From an uncultured Chloroflexia bacterium (GTDB lineage Bacteria > Chloroflexota > Limnocylindria > Limnocylindrales > CSP1-4), in assembly GCA_963810065.1 (NCBI GenBank), contig CAWELX010000001.1, forward strand, positions 142,819 through 206,818: a stretch of DNA of 64,000 nucleotides, given 5' to 3'. Positions 46,965-58,099 of this stretch are shown in pieces. The notes beneath the pieces were generated by a model, which made no database searches, had not been told where the DNA came from, and saw only the letters and a program-made list of their open reading frames with translations. Positions within the stretch are counted from its first letter, which is position 1. Each line of letters begins with the position of its first letter. The translations under genes and the position numbers were made by a program.

Positions 46965-47443
46965 ATGGACGCCGCCGATCGCGCCCGCCTCGCCGAGATG
47001 CTGGACCTCCAGGAGGGCCGCGGCCGGTCCCGATCCTGGACGACGCGGCGATCACCGGCCTCCTCCGAAGCCGTCCGCGCGTCGCCGTCATCGGCGCCTC
47101 CGACCGGCCCGACCGGGCGTCGCGAGACGTCTTCCTGGCGCTCCAGCGGGCCGGACTCGACGCGGTCCCGGTCACGCCGGGGTTCGCGTCGGTGGGCGGG
47201 GTGACCGCCTACCCCGACCTCGCCGCGGCGGTGGCGGCGACCGGCCCGTTCGACCTCGTCGACGTCTTCCGCCGCCCCGCGGAGTGTCCGGTCCACGCTC
47301 GCGAGGCCGTCGCTGCCGGGGCGCGGGTCCTGTGGCTCCAGCTCGGGATCGTCAGCTGGGAGGCCGCACGGATCGCCCACGCCGGCGGCCTGGGGGTCGT
47401 GATGGACCGCTGCCTCTCCGTGGAGCTCTGGCGCCTGGGCTGA
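46965..47443 (+). CDS. CoA-binding domain protein (YccU-like), frameshift near 47020
   Basis: MDAADRARLAEMLDLQEG then, after a -1 shift, RPVPILDDAAITGLLRSRPRVAVIGASDRPDRASRDVFLAL...VDVFRRPAECP...VLWLQLGI...VVMDRC. Confidence 0.55.
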
Positions 47444-47572
47444 CAGGAGAAGCGGGACCAGCGGGTTCGCGGGTGGACGTCGCGGGCGCCGAAGAACCGG
47501 GCGCACGGCGCCGAGGAAGCGGGCGCCCGCCCGGCGCGGGCGGCATCCCTGCCCGGGGCGCGCGAGGCCGGC

Positions 47573-47857
47573 TCAGGTCGCGGCGAGGATGAAGCCCACC
47601 ACCACGAGCACGACGCCGCCGATCCCGACCGCGCCCCAGGTGCGCACCTCGCGGCGGAGCATCTCCATCGCCACCGACGCTCCCGTCTTCTCCTCGGAGG
47701 CAGAGGCCGGGCCGCCGCGCCAGGCCCGGTAGCGGGCGGCATTCGCGTCCTGCGCCTTGAGCGCCTGGTAGCGGCGCCACGGCTCACGGGCCCGCGCGTA
47801 GCCAATGGCGAAGAGGACGACGCCGATGGCGATCAGGCCGTAGCCCAGCATGTTCAT
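47573..47857 (-). CDS. Small membrane protein
   Basis: Two TM helices. Start overlaps the gatB stop. Confidence 0.4.
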   Translation of the reverse strand: MNMLGYGLIAIGVVLFAIGYARAREPWRRYQALKAQDANAARYRAWRGGPASASEEKTGASVAMEMLRREVRTWGAVGIGGVVLVVVGFILAAT

Positions 47858-49343
47858 GCGCCGTCTCCCTGTCCCAGCCGCGCGCGCAGCGCCTCCCCGA
47901 CCAGGGCGGCGTTGGCCTGTCCCCGGGACGCCTTCATGACCTGGCCGACGAGGAACCCGACGGCCTGTGGCTTGCCGGCCCGGAAGTCCGCCACGGCGGC
48001 CGGGTTCGCGCCATCACCTCGTCCACGAGCCGGTCCACGGCGTCCACGTCGGAGATCTGGGCGAAGCCGCGCTCCGCGATGACCGCGGCGGCCGGGCGGC
48101 CGGTCGCCACGTGGTCGGCGACGACCTCCCTCGCGTTGGAGCGGCTGAGGCGGCCAGCCAGCACCTCGCGCAGCACGTGGGCCAGCGATGCCGCGTCGGC
48201 GCGGCCCGCCAGCCCGGCGGGGTTGCGGTCCGGGGACTCCTTGAGGGCGTGCCCGTAGTCGCCCGTGACGAGGTTGGCGACCTCCTTGGCCGGGAGGTCC
48301 GGGCCCGCGGCTCGGATCGCCTCGAAGGCCAGCGTCATGCTCTCGTCGTTGGCCAGGACCGCGGCATCGTACCCCGACAGGCCGAGCGCTCCGTACCGCG
48401 CCCGACGCGCCGAGGGCAGCTCAGGGAGCGCGGCCCGGAGCGCGGCGAGCCAGGCCGGATCGACGTGGAGCGGCGGCAGGTCGGGCTCGGGGAAGTAGCG
48501 GTAGTCGTCGGACGACTCCTTGACCCGCATGACGTACGTTGCCCCTGCGGCGTCGTCCCAGCCGCGCGTCTCCTGGCGCAGGGCGTCGCCGGCATCGAGG
48601 GCGGTGGCCTGGCGCTGGATCTCGAAGTCGATCGCCCGCTCCACGGCCCGCAGCGAGTTCATGTTCTTGACCTCGGTCCGCGTCCCGAACGGCTCCGTCC
48701 CCCGCCGCCGCAGGGAGACGTTCGCCTCCACCCGCATCTGGCCGTTCTCCATCTCGGCATCGGAGACGTCGATCGTCCGCAGCAGGAGCCGGAGCTCCTC
48801 GGCATAGCGGCGGGCCTGCTCGGCGGTCCGGATGTCGGGGTCGGTGACGATCTCCATGAGGGGCACGCCGGCCCGGTTGAAGTCGACCAGGCTGACCCGC
48901 CGGCCGTCCGAGCTCGTCGCGTGGACCAGCTTCGCGGTGTCCTCCTCGAGGTGGGCCCGCGTGATGCCGATCCTGATCGGACCCTCCGAAGTGTCCACGG
49001 TCAGCGATCCGTTCGAGGCCAGCGGGAGGTCGTACTGGCTGATCTGGTAGCCCTTGGGGAGGTCCGGGTAGAAGTAGTTCTTGCGATCCCAGCGCGTGGC
49101 CGGCGGCACCCTCGCCCCGATCGCCAGGCCGGTGGTCAGGACGTGCTCGACGGCCGCGCGGTTGATCGTCGGCAGGACGCCGGGCAGGGCCAGGCAGACG
49201 GGGCACGTGTGGGTGTTGGGGGCGGCGTCCCGGGACGGGACCGCGCAGGCGCAGAACATCTTGCTGACGGTCCGGACCTGGCAGTGAACCTCGATCCCGA
49301 TGACCGCCTCGTAGCGCTCCAGCGCCGCGGAGGTCGCGCTCAC
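47854..49343 (-). CDS. gatB: Asp/Glu-tRNA amidotransferase subunit B, single-base frameshift near 48000 in C-terminal region
   Basis: N-terminus [33 protein letters not shown]. After ...LVDEVMA the correct frame reads [44 protein letters not shown]. Confidence 0.85.
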
Positions 49344-49606
49344 CAGGGGGTCCCGACGACGGAGCCGGTCGACGCCAGGAACAGGCCGTACAGCGCCAGC
49401 ACCAGCCAGCCGACGGCCACCGTCGCGGAGCGGGCGAACCGGCGCACGCCCGGGCGGGCGTACACGGGACGGGCGGCGTCGATCGCCGATCGCGTCGGAT
49501 CTCCCTCGTGCGCAGCCGGGGCGACTGCATCGCGGGCGTTCCGATAGCCGGACCAGGTGCCGATCCCGGCGAGGACGAGGCCGCAGGTCGTGAGCAGGAG
49601 ACCCAT
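49340..49606 (-). CDS. Small membrane protein upstream of gatB (ATGA overlap)
   Basis: MGLLLTTCGLVLAGIGTW...WLVLALYGLFLAS. Confidence 0.3.
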   Translation of the reverse strand: MGLLLTTCGLVLAGIGTWSGYRNARDAVAPAAHEGDPTRSAIDAARPVYARPGVRRFARSATVAVGWLVLALYGLFLASTGSVVGTPW

Positions 49607-49870
49607 GGCCGAGAGTGTCTCACACGCTCCGGCGCGCGTGCCGGGAACGGCGGGTGCCCGCGTAGAGAGGCGGCCGCCGCCGGAGAGAAGGCCGGCCGGC
49701 CGCCCGCGGAGGAGTCCGGGCGGCCGGCCGGGATGGGTCAGCAGGGGCCGGCGTCGTCGTCGCGACGGCAGCCGACGAAGTGGCGGCGCACGGCTACCAT
49801 CCGTGAGCCGCCCCGAACACGGCATCAGTCGCCGAGCGAACGCGACGAGCGAAGGTCTGAGAGGTCTCCG

Positions 49871-51535
49871 ATGGCGATCCCAGGGTCAGCATCCGCCGCC
49901 GACTTGGACGCAGCCAGTCGATGGTGGCTGGACGGCGTCGTCTACCAGGTGTACCCACGGAGCTTCGCCGACTCGAACGGCGATGGGGTCGGCGACCTCC
50001 CGGGGCTCATCGACCACCTGGACCATCTCGCCGGCGGAGCAGATTCGCTCGGCGTCGACGCCATCTGGCTCTCCCCGATCTACCCGTCGCCCATGCTCGA
50101 CGGCGGCTACGACGTCATGGATCACACGGCGGTCGATCCCGTCTTCGGAACGCTGGCCGATCTCGATCGGTTGATCGAGGAATGCCATCGACGACGCATC
50201 CGCGTCATCCTCGACCTCGTGATGAACCACACCAGCAACCTGCATCCGTGGTTCGTGCAATCGCGCCAGTCGAGGACCGGATCATTCGCCGACTTCTTTC
50301 TCTGGCGGGATCCGTCCGGGTGGGATCGCGATGGTCGACCGGAGCCGCCCAATAACTGGCTCTCGTGGTTCGGCGGGCCGGCTTGGGAGTGGGAGCCTCG
50401 GCGAAAGCAGTTCTACCTCCACACGTTCCTGCCCGAGCAGCCCGACGTGAACTGGCGCTGCATCGCTCTTCGCGCGGAGATGTGGTCGATGGTCACGGGC
50501 TGGCTCGACCGCGGCGTCGATGGGTTCCGGCTCGACGTCTTCAATGCATTCCTCAAGGCAGCGGAGATGCCATCGAACCCGGAGACCGCAACAGGCGGTT
50601 CGATCCCCTGGGACAGCCAGCAGCACCGCCACGACAAGGACCAGCCCGAGCTGCACGATCTCCTCGCCGAGTTCCGACGCATCGTCGACTCCCGGCCGGG
50701 GACCGCCACGGTCGGCGAACTGTTCACGAGCGGTATCGAGGAGGCTGTAGCGCACTGGGCGCCGCGCCACCTCGTGTTCGACTGGGTCCTCCTCGAGACC
50801 CCGTGGACGGCGGCGGCCTTCCGCGCGGCGATCGCTGCCCGGGAGGCCGCGTGGTCCGGTCGCTGGCCGACGATCGTGCTGTCCAACCACGATCACTCGC
50901 GACATGTCTCGCGGTACCTGCACACGCTCGGTCGTCACGATCGGGCGACGGTCGATGCCGTGGCGAAGGCGGCCGCGACGATCCAACTGACGCTGCGAGG
51001 GACGCCCTTCCTCTACTACGGGGAGGAGGTCGGCGAACAGGACATCGCGGTCCCCCGCGGCCGCGCCCGGGATCGAGCGGCCGTGCAGCTGGCGGGATGG
51101 TGGAATCGTGATGGGTGCCGGGCGCCGATGGCGTGGTCCGGCGACGGGAAGGCGGGCTTCACGAGTGGCAGCCCGTGGTTGCCCATTCCGCCGGACGCCG
51201 CGTCGCGGAACGTCGAGCGCCAGCGGGCGTCGGAGAGCTCGGTCCTGGCCCACTACCGGCGGCTCCTCGCGCTTCGGCGAGGGTCTGCGGCGCTTCGGAC
51301 CGGCGAGCTCGCCCTCGTCGACGTGGGCGACCCCGACGTCCTCGCCTATCTCCGGCGGGCGGGCGACGAGGCCGTGCTGGTCGTGGTGCGGTTTGGCTTC
51401 CGTGGTGGCGAGGTCGAGCTACCCCCAGCCGCCGGTCCCTGGAGGGTCGTGCTCTCGAGCCACGACCTGACCACGCCCACGGTCGGGTCGCGCGTCGCGT
51501 TGCGACCACTCGAAGCGATCGTCCTTCAGCCCTGA
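49871..51535 (+). CDS. GH13 alpha-glucosidase / oligo-1,6-glucosidase family
   Basis: VVYQVYPRSFADSNGDGVGDLPG, DLVMNHTS, GFRLDV and EVGE are GH13 conserved regions I-IV. Confidence 0.85.
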   Translation: MAIPGSASAADLDAASRWWLDGVVYQVYPRSFADSNGDGVGDLPGLIDHLDHLAGGADSLGVDAIWLSPIYPSPMLDGGYDVMDHTAVDPVFGTLADLDRLIEECHRRRIRVILDLVMNHTSNLHPWFVQSRQSRTGSFADFFLWRDPSGWDRDGRPEPPNNWLSWFGGPAWEWEPRRKQFYLHTFLPEQPDVNWRCIALRAEMWSMVTGWLDRGVDGFRLDVFNAFLKAAEMPSNPETATGGSIPWDSQQHRHDKDQPELHDLLAEFRRIVDSRPGTATVGELFTSGIEEAVAHWAPRHLVFDWVLLETPWTAAAFRAAIAAREAAWSGRWPTIVLSNHDHSRHVSRYLHTLGRHDRATVDAVAKAAATIQLTLRGTPFLYYGEEVGEQDIAVPRGRARDRAAVQLAGWWNRDGCRAPMAWSGDGKAGFTSGSPWLPIPPDAASRNVERQRASESSVLAHYRRLLALRRGSAALRTGELALVDVGDPDVLAYLRRAGDEAVLVVVRFGFRGGEVELPPAAGPWRVVLSSHDLTTPTVGSRVALRPLEAIVLQP

Positions 51536-51585
51536 GCCCGACCCCGCCTCACGCCTTGCCGGTCGGGCGGTCCTGCTCGACCGTC

Positions 51586-53166
51586 TCAGGCGCATGCCAT
51601 GAGCCCGTGACCGCGCGGATACAGACCGGCGATGTCAACGGGCAACCGGCCGACGAACGGCGCCTCACCCAGTAGCGCGGCCGCCAGCGCCTCCATCGAC
51701 GGCGGCAGGATGCCGTAGGTGCAGATGTGGGTACTGGCGGTCGGGTATGCGAGCAGGTCCCACGGCGTCCGCAGGGCGAGGGTGACGGTCGGCTTGCCGG
51801 ACGCCAGGGCCGCTGCGGCCAGTGCCGCCTGCGCCGGCTGGAGGTGCGCGGAGAACGTCCCGACGACGACGAGGTCGAAGGTTGCCAGCCGCTCAGCGAC
51901 ACCTGCGATGTCACCGTCGCCTGGCGCCGCTGGCAGGAGGATCTGCTCCACGCCCGCAAGCCGGCGGCGGAGCGCCGATGCCAGCGTCGGCGGTACGGTC
52001 GACGACGTGTCCGCCGGGGTCAGGTCGGCGGGCATCGACTGGACGACCGCGATCCGCGCGTCGGCGGCCAGCTTCAACGGCACTAGCCGGGCGTCGTTGC
52101 GGACGAGGGTCATCGAACGTCGGGCCAGCTCGGCGGCGACTGCCTGATGTTCGCCGCACCCGACGATGTCGAGCGGCGGCTGGTCGTAGCGCCCCACCCA
52201 GCGGCGCAGGTCGCCCAGCCGGCGCTTCGCCGCAGCGTCGTCGGCGGCGTCGATCAGGCCTCGTCGCCGGGCCTGCGCGAGACCTTCGTGCAGCCGTTCG
52301 AGCGCTGCCTCGTCGGCTGTTCCGAGCAGCACGTCCTCGCCGGCACGGAGGGCAGCGATGGCCTCGACAATCTGCGCCGATCCCTGGCCCAGGGCGCGCA
52401 TGTCCAGGGCATCGGTGACGGTCACGCCGCCGAACTGCAGCTCTCCGCGCAGCAGGTCTCGCAGAACCGCGGCGGACAGGCTGGTCGGCAAGTCGTCGCT
52501 CTGGCCGGGTAGCGCGAAGTGGCCCGTCATCACCATCCGCACGCCCGCTGCCAATGCCGCTCGGAACGGGACCAGCTCTCGTGCGGCAAGCTCGGCGTTC
52601 GTCCGGGGCACTAGCGGCAGCTCGTGGTGCGGATCCGCTGCAGTGTCGCCGACGCCCGGAAAGTGCTTGGCCGTCGCGGCCACGCCCTCGTCCTGCAGGC
52701 CACGGACGGTCGCCGCCGCGAGCTTGCCGACGGCCTCAGGATCGTCGCCAAAGCTGCGGATTCCGAGCGCCGGATTGGCCGGGTTGGTGGCCACATCGCA
52801 CACCGGCGCGTAGTTCACGTTGACGCCGAGGGCGCGCAGCTCGCGCGCCGTCGCGCCGGCGACGCGCTCGGCCAGCTCTTCGTCGCCGGTCGCGCCGAGA
52901 GCCATCGCGCCCGCGAACTGCGTCGTCCCGTCGCCCAGACCGACCAGCTGGCCGCCCTCCTGGTCGGCCGCGATCAGCAACGGTGGCACGCCAGCCGGCC
53001 GTGCGTTCTGGATGGCGGCGGTCAGCCTGCGGAGTCGGGGTAGATCGACGATGTTGTGGACCCGGAACAGCGTCACACCGGCGACGCCATGTTCGTTGAT
53101 CCGCCTCGCCGCCGATCGCGGCAGCTCGGTGCCGACGAAGGCGATGAGGAGCCGGGCCGACGTCAC
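51586..53166 (-). CDS. GH3 glycoside hydrolase (NagZ/beta-glucosidase-like)
   Basis: LLIAADQEGGQL, KHFPGVGDT and GVRMVMTGH motifs. GTG start overlaps the permease TGA (GTGA). Confidence 0.8.
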   Translation of the reverse strand: MTSARLLIAFVGTELPRSAARRINEHGVAGVTLFRVHNIVDLPRLRRLTAAIQNARPAGVPPLLIAADQEGGQLVGLGDGTTQFAGAMALGATGDEELAERVAGATARELRALGVNVNYAPVCDVATNPANPALGIRSFGDDPEAVGKLAAATVRGLQDEGVAATAKHFPGVGDTAADPHHELPLVPRTNAELAARELVPFRAALAAGVRMVMTGHFALPGQSDDLPTSLSAAVLRDLLRGELQFGGVTVTDALDMRALGQGSAQIVEAIAALRAGEDVLLGTADEAALERLHEGLAQARRRGLIDAADDAAAKRRLGDLRRWVGRYDQPPLDIVGCGEHQAVAAELARRSMTLVRNDARLVPLKLAADARIAVVQSMPADLTPADTSSTVPPTLASALRRRLAGVEQILLPAAPGDGDIAGVAERLATFDLVVVGTFSAHLQPAQAALAAAALASGKPTVTLALRTPWDLLAYPTASTHICTYGILPPSMEALAAALLGEAPFVGRLPVDIAGLYPRGHGLMACA

Positions 53167-54065
53167 GCCTTTACCGAGCCAGCCAGGATCCCCCTCACGA
53201 ATGCCCGCTGGAGAAGCAGGAAGACGAGCAGCGGCACGACCATGGTGATGAAGGCGCCGGCGGTGAGGAGATGCCATGAGCCGCCGCGGCTGCCGATCAG
53301 CTGGTAGAGGGCGGTCGGCAGGACCCGAACTTCGGCACCCGGCCCCAGGAAGACGAGTGCTACCAACAGGTCATTCCAGACCCACAGGAACTGGAAGATG
53401 GCGATCGCACCGATGGCCGGGATCGAGAGCGGCAGGACGAGCTTGATGAACGTCTGGAGATGCGACGCGCCATCGATGGCGGCAGACTCGAACAGGTCGC
53501 GCGGCAGCTGCGAGATGAAGTTGTAGAGCAGGAAGATCGCGAGCGGCAGCCCGAAGCCCGTGTGCGCCAGCCAGATGCCGAGGAACGAGCCGTACAGGTT
53601 ACCGGCGGCGTAGATCTTCAGGATCGGGATGAGGGACATCTGGATTGGCACGACCAGCAGTGCCACCACGATCGTGAACAGGATGCCGCGGCCGCGGAAC
53701 GGGATCCACGCGAACGCATAGGCGGCAAATGCGGCGATGGTGATCGGGATGGCCACCGACGGGATGGTCACGATCAGGCTGTTGATGAACGCGTTGCCCA
53801 TGCCGTCGCTCGCGATGACCGTGGCGTAGTTGGACAGCGTCCACTGGTTGGCTTCGAATGGGTGGAGCAGTGCCGTCCACCAACCAGATGTCGTGATGAA
53901 CTTCGGATCGCGCACCGAGGTGACGAGCAGGCCGAGCGTCGGCAGCGTCCACAGGAAGCAGATGGCGAGGACCGACAGGCGGAGCGGCAGGCTCCGGATG
54001 AAGGCTGGCCGCCACGCGGCGCCGCGTGCCGTTCGCCGTGCGATGGGCCGGGCTGGCGTCGTCAT
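53163..54065 (-). CDS. Carbohydrate ABC transporter permease (MalG-like)
   Basis: Six TM helices and an EAA loop. Confidence 0.85.
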   Translation of the reverse strand: MTTPARPIARRTARGAAWRPAFIRSLPLRLSVLAICFLWTLPTLGLLVTSVRDPKFITTSGWWTALLHPFEANQWTLSNYATVIASDGMGNAFINSLIVTIPSVAIPITIAAFAAYAFAWIPFRGRGILFTIVVALLVVPIQMSLIPILKIYAAGNLYGSFLGIWLAHTGFGLPLAIFLLYNFISQLPRDLFESAAIDGASHLQTFIKLVLPLSIPAIGAIAIFQFLWVWNDLLVALVFLGPGAEVRVLPTALYQLIGSRGGSWHLLTAGAFITMVVPLLVFLLLQRAFVRGILAGSVKA

Positions 54066-55225
54066 CCTTCCACCTGCTGTCGTCTGAAGTTGCGCAGGTT
54101 GATGTACATCACGGGTAGAACGGCGATGAAGAGCAGCGTCGCGAGCGCGGCGCCGCGACCATCCTCGAAGAACTGGAAGATCTCGTGGAACATGCGGTTG
54201 GCCACGACGTCGTCATTGAACCGTCCGCCAGTCGTCACATAGACGATGTCGAAGATCTTGAGGGTGATGATGGCGATCGTCGTCGCGACCGTGACGATCG
54301 AGCCGCGGATCATCGGCACGATCACCCGGAGGAAGAGCTGGCGCTCGGATGCGCCATCGAGCCGGGCCGCCTCGATGATCTCGCCCGACACTCCCTTGAT
54401 CGCTGCCGAGAAGACGACCATGGCGAAACCGGTCTGGAGCCAGATCATGATCACGATCTCGCAGAAGACGTTGATCGGGCTGGTCGTCAGCCACGGGATC
54501 GGCTGACCACCGAGGCCGACAACGACCGCATTCAAGAGTCCGATCTGCGGCTGGCCGGCGGGCTGCCAGGCGTAGACGAAGCCCCAGATGACCGATGCGC
54601 CGACGAGCGAGATCGCGAGCGGCAGGAAGACGATGGTCTTGGCCAGCGCCTCGCGTCGGACGCGATCGAAGAGCCCGGCGAAAATGAGCCCGAGCACCAC
54701 GCTGCCGCCGGTACCTACGATCAGCCAGATGGCGTTGTTGCGCAGGATCTGGGTGAATTCGGGCTCGATCATCACCGCGAAGTTCGCGAGCGTGAACTGG
54801 CCGTGGTCGTCCTGGAAGCTGCGCAGGATCGTCCCCGCCGCTGGGTAGACCAGGAAGACCGCCAGCAGCGCCAGGGCGGGGCCGACGAAGACCCACGGCA
54901 GGATCCGGTCGCGCCACTTCGCCTTGAGCAGGCCAACCAGCCCGCCCACGCCGATGAACAGCAGCCAGATGCCGCCGACGCCGACCGCCAGGGCGATCGC
55001 CGCCAGCAGGAGCTTGGCTAGTACTTGATCGCCCGAGCCGTTCCGCAGCTCGGTCGCGCCCGACGTGTTGCCCAGCGCCTCGTAGATCGAGGCCAGAAGG
55101 TTCGGCCCGCCCTGCGGGTCGTACAGGACGAGGATGCCGGCGACGCACAGACCCAGGCCGATCAGCCCTGCAATCGGCAGGACGAAGCTCGATAGTCCGG
55201 GCCTCTCAGTTCGAGTGACGGCCAT
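54062..55225 (-). CDS. Carbohydrate ABC transporter permease (MalF-like)
   Basis: TM topology. ATGA overlap with the downstream permease. Confidence 0.85.
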   Translation of the reverse strand: MAVTRTERPGLSSFVLPIAGLIGLGLCVAGILVLYDPQGGPNLLASIYEALGNTSGATELRNGSGDQVLAKLLLAAIALAVGVGGIWLLFIGVGGLVGLLKAKWRDRILPWVFVGPALALLAVFLVYPAAGTILRSFQDDHGQFTLANFAVMIEPEFTQILRNNAIWLIVGTGGSVVLGLIFAGLFDRVRREALAKTIVFLPLAISLVGASVIWGFVYAWQPAGQPQIGLLNAVVVGLGGQPIPWLTTSPINVFCEIVIMIWLQTGFAMVVFSAAIKGVSGEIIEAARLDGASERQLFLRVIVPMIRGSIVTVATTIAIITLKIFDIVYVTTGGRFNDDVVANRMFHEIFQFFEDGRGAALATLLFIAVLPVMYINLRNFRRQQVEG

Positions 55226-55295
55226 CCACCCACCTCGCGGAAAGAGTAGCGGGGCGCACCACCGTGAGGTGGCGCGCCCCGCAAGCCATCAGACG

Positions 55296-56780
55296 TTACT
55301 GGGTGGGCCAGCTGTCGTCGATCGCCTTCAGAACGGCATCAGTGTTGGTGCCACCCTCGTTGGCCCATTTGTCCATCTCTGTCCAGAAGGTTCCGGCACC
55401 GACCTTGCCAGGCATGAGGTCGGAAGCGTCGAAGCCGATACCTGCGGCGCTGTTCGCGATATCCGCAGCGACCTTGAGCTTGTAGGCGCCGGCATACCAG
55501 TCGGCAGGGGTGGCCGAGTTGGCCGAGATGGCGCTGCCGGCACGGATCCAGTTCTGGATGCCTTCCGGCGTGGCAAGGAACTCGGCAACGGCGCGCACTT
55601 CGGGCCTGTCGACGAGCACCATGAGCGTGTCGGCCGAGCCCTCGGCGTTGTTCTGGGCCGGGTCGATCGTCGGGAACGCAAACATCCCGACGTCAGTACC
55701 AAGGACGTACTTCGACGGCTGTCCGCTGACCCGCTGGTCCGGGAAGAAGTCCGGGCCGTACCAGGTCGGGATCTTCTGCATCCAGCACTTCGGATTCGCC
55801 AGATCGTCGGTGAACATCGGATCCATCACCGTCTTCATGTCGGAGGCGACGATCGCGGTGTTGCCGCCGAAGACGTAGTTGGGCGTGAAGAGGATCTTGC
55901 CGACTTTGTCAAAGGCGTCCTTGATGCCCTGGTCCTGGAACGTGACCTTGTGGCTGATCCAATCGTTGTAGTAGGCGAGGCCCTTGGTCTTGAGGACCAC
56001 TTCCTCGACCCAGTCGGTGAGCTGCCAGCCGGTCGCGTCACCGGGGCCGCCCGCGCTGACGCACCACGGGTTGGAGCCGTCGGCAACGATCTTGTCGGAC
56101 AGCGCGATCAGCTCGTCCCACGTCGTGGGGACCGCGTACCCCTTGGCCTCGAAGGCCTTGATCGGGTACCAGACGGTCGACTTCACATCGGCCTTGTAGG
56201 GGATGCCCCAGATGTTCGCGCCCTGAGTGACCAGGCCGATCGTGGCTGGATGCTCATCACTGAGCTTCTTGGCATCCATGAACGTCGCGACGTCGATGAC
56301 CTTGCCTGCGGCGGCGTAGGCCAGGACGGGAGTCGGCTGGGCGAGCATCGCCAGGTCCGGCGGCTTCCCGCCCTCGATGCGCGTCTTCAGCACGGTCTCG
56401 TGGCTCGAGCCGATGCTGTCGATCTGGATCTTGATGCCGGTCGCTGCCGCAAAGTCGGCGACCGAGGCAGCGAAGTTGGTGCCTTCTCCGCCGATCCACT
56501 GGGTCTGGACCGAAACCGTCTTGCCAGCAAACGGCTTGTCGGCACCAAGTGCCTTGTCCAGCTCGGTGTAGCCGGTCGGCACCGTCGGCACGGCTGCCGC
56601 TGGCGGCGCAGACGCAGGCGGCGCGCTCGGCTCGGCAGACGCGCTCGGGGCAGCCGATGGCACTGCACTCGGCGCGGCAGACACGCCCGGTGTCGGCGTC
56701 GTGGTGCCGCTCCCGCATGCGCCGACCAGCATCATGACGACGACCGCCAGGGCTGCCGTCATTCGTAGTCTCTTGGCCAT
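55296..56780 (-). CDS. Carbohydrate ABC transporter substrate-binding lipoprotein
   Basis: SD GGAGGAGGAA before MAKRLRM. Lipobox LVGACGSG with Pro/Ala/Ser linker. Confidence 0.85.
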   Translation of the reverse strand: MAKRLRMTAALAVVVMMLVGACGSGTTTPTPGVSAAPSAVPSAAPSASAEPSAPPASAPPAAAVPTVPTGYTELDKALGADKPFAGKTVSVQTQWIGGEGTNFAASVADFAAATGIKIQIDSIGSSHETVLKTRIEGGKPPDLAMLAQPTPVLAYAAAGKVIDVATFMDAKKLSDEHPATIGLVTQGANIWGIPYKADVKSTVWYPIKAFEAKGYAVPTTWDELIALSDKIVADGSNPWCVSAGGPGDATGWQLTDWVEEVVLKTKGLAYYNDWISHKVTFQDQGIKDAFDKVGKILFTPNYVFGGNTAIVASDMKTVMDPMFTDDLANPKCWMQKIPTWYGPDFFPDQRVSGQPSKYVLGTDVGMFAFPTIDPAQNNAEGSADTLMVLVDRPEVRAVAEFLATPEGIQNWIRAGSAISANSATPADWYAGAYKLKVAADIANSAAGIGFDASDLMPGKVGAGTFWTEMDKWANEGGTNTDAVLKAIDDSWPTQ

Positions 56781-56938
56781 GAATTCCTCCTCCGGCACAT
56801 TGCCATGACTGTGGGTGACGAGCAGCTCCGCTGGACCAAGCGTCCCACTCCAGCAAGAGCCATCGTGTGGGTCATCGCGCGTGACAACTCCTACCCTTGT
56901 GCCACGATTCCCACTTGGATGGACGCGATGAGGGCCGA

Positions 56939-57988
56939 TCAGGGGCGCAGCACACCTCCCACCGTCGACTGTCGGATGACGAGCTCCGTGGGCAGGATCA
57001 CGCGGCGGGGAGTCCCGTCGCGGTCTGCGATGAGCTCGAACAGCGTGCGCGCCGCCTCGGCGCCCTGCTCCCGCACGCCCTGCCGGACGGTCGTGAGCGG
57101 AGGGTCGAGGTGGGCGGCGAACTCGAGGTCGTCGAAGCCGGCGAGGGCGACGTCGTCCGGGACGGCGAGGCCGCGGGCCCGGATCGTCTCGAGCGCCCCG
57201 GCGGCCATGGAATCGTTGGCGCAGAAGATGGCGTCGCAGCGACGGTCGAGCAGCACCTCGGCGCCCGTCACACCGGACGGCTCGTTGAAGTCGCCGTCGA
57301 CGATGAGGTCATCCGCCGCCAGGCCCGCCCGCTCCATCGCCCGGCGATAGCCGACGATGCGGTCCTCCGCGGCGACCGTCCCCCGGATCCCCGTGATGTG
57401 CCCCACCCGGATGCGGCCCAGCCGGACCAGGTGCGACGTCAGCAGGTCGGCGGCGTGCACGTGATCGACGTCGACGTAGCTCGCGGAGCGATCCCCGCGA
57501 CGATGGCCCACCAGCACCGTGGGCAGGTCCGACGCCAGCAGCCCGTCGACGAGCGGGTCGTCCAGGGTGTTGGCCGTGGCGATGATGCCGTCCACCAGGC
57601 CCGCCGAGAGGATCCCTTCGAGGGTCTCCTCCTTCGTCCGATTGCCCAGCCAGAGCATCATGCCCGTCGCAAGGTCCGCCAGCTCGTCGCTGATGCCCTG
57701 CAGCAGCTGCGCGAAGTAGGCGTCGCGGAAGAGCCGGTGGGAGTCCACGTGCATCACCAGCCCGACGATCCCGGAGCGACCCGTCGCGAGCGTGCGGGCC
57801 GCCCTGTTGGGCCGGTAGCCAGTCTCGCCCATGACGTGCTCGACGCGCCGCCGGGTCCTCGCCGACACCGAGCCGCCATTGATGACGCGCGAGACGGTCG
57901 CCCGGGATACGCCGCTCAGCTGCGCCAGCTCATCGATCGTGGGTGCCACGCCGCAGGAGACCCTCCACAGGATTGGAAGCGCTTCCAA
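56939..57988 (-). CDS. LacI-family transcriptional regulator
   Basis: HTH TIDELAQLSGVSRATVSRVING plus periplasmic-binding-like effector domain. A possible GTG start lies 13 codons inside. Confidence 0.8.
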   Translation of the reverse strand: MEALPILWRVSCGVAPTIDELAQLSGVSRATVSRVINGGSVSARTRRRVEHVMGETGYRPNRAARTLATGRSGIVGLVMHVDSHRLFRDAYFAQLLQGISDELADLATGMMLWLGNRTKEETLEGILSAGLVDGIIATANTLDDPLVDGLLASDLPTVLVGHRRGDRSASYVDVDHVHAADLLTSHLVRLGRIRVGHITGIRGTVAAEDRIVGYRRAMERAGLAADDLIVDGDFNEPSGVTGAEVLLDRRCDAIFCANDSMAAGALETIRARGLAVPDDVALAGFDDLEFAAHLDPPLTTVRQGVREQGAEAARTLFELIADRDGTPRRVILPTELVIRQSTVGGVLRP

Positions 57989-58099
57989 ACGTACGCCATC
58001 GCAACCCCGCCGTCAAGGTGGTGCTGTACAATTCCGCCCAACTGGTTGCGATCTGAGCTCGACAATGGTGTGAGCGCGCTTCCATTCGAGGGACTGCCA

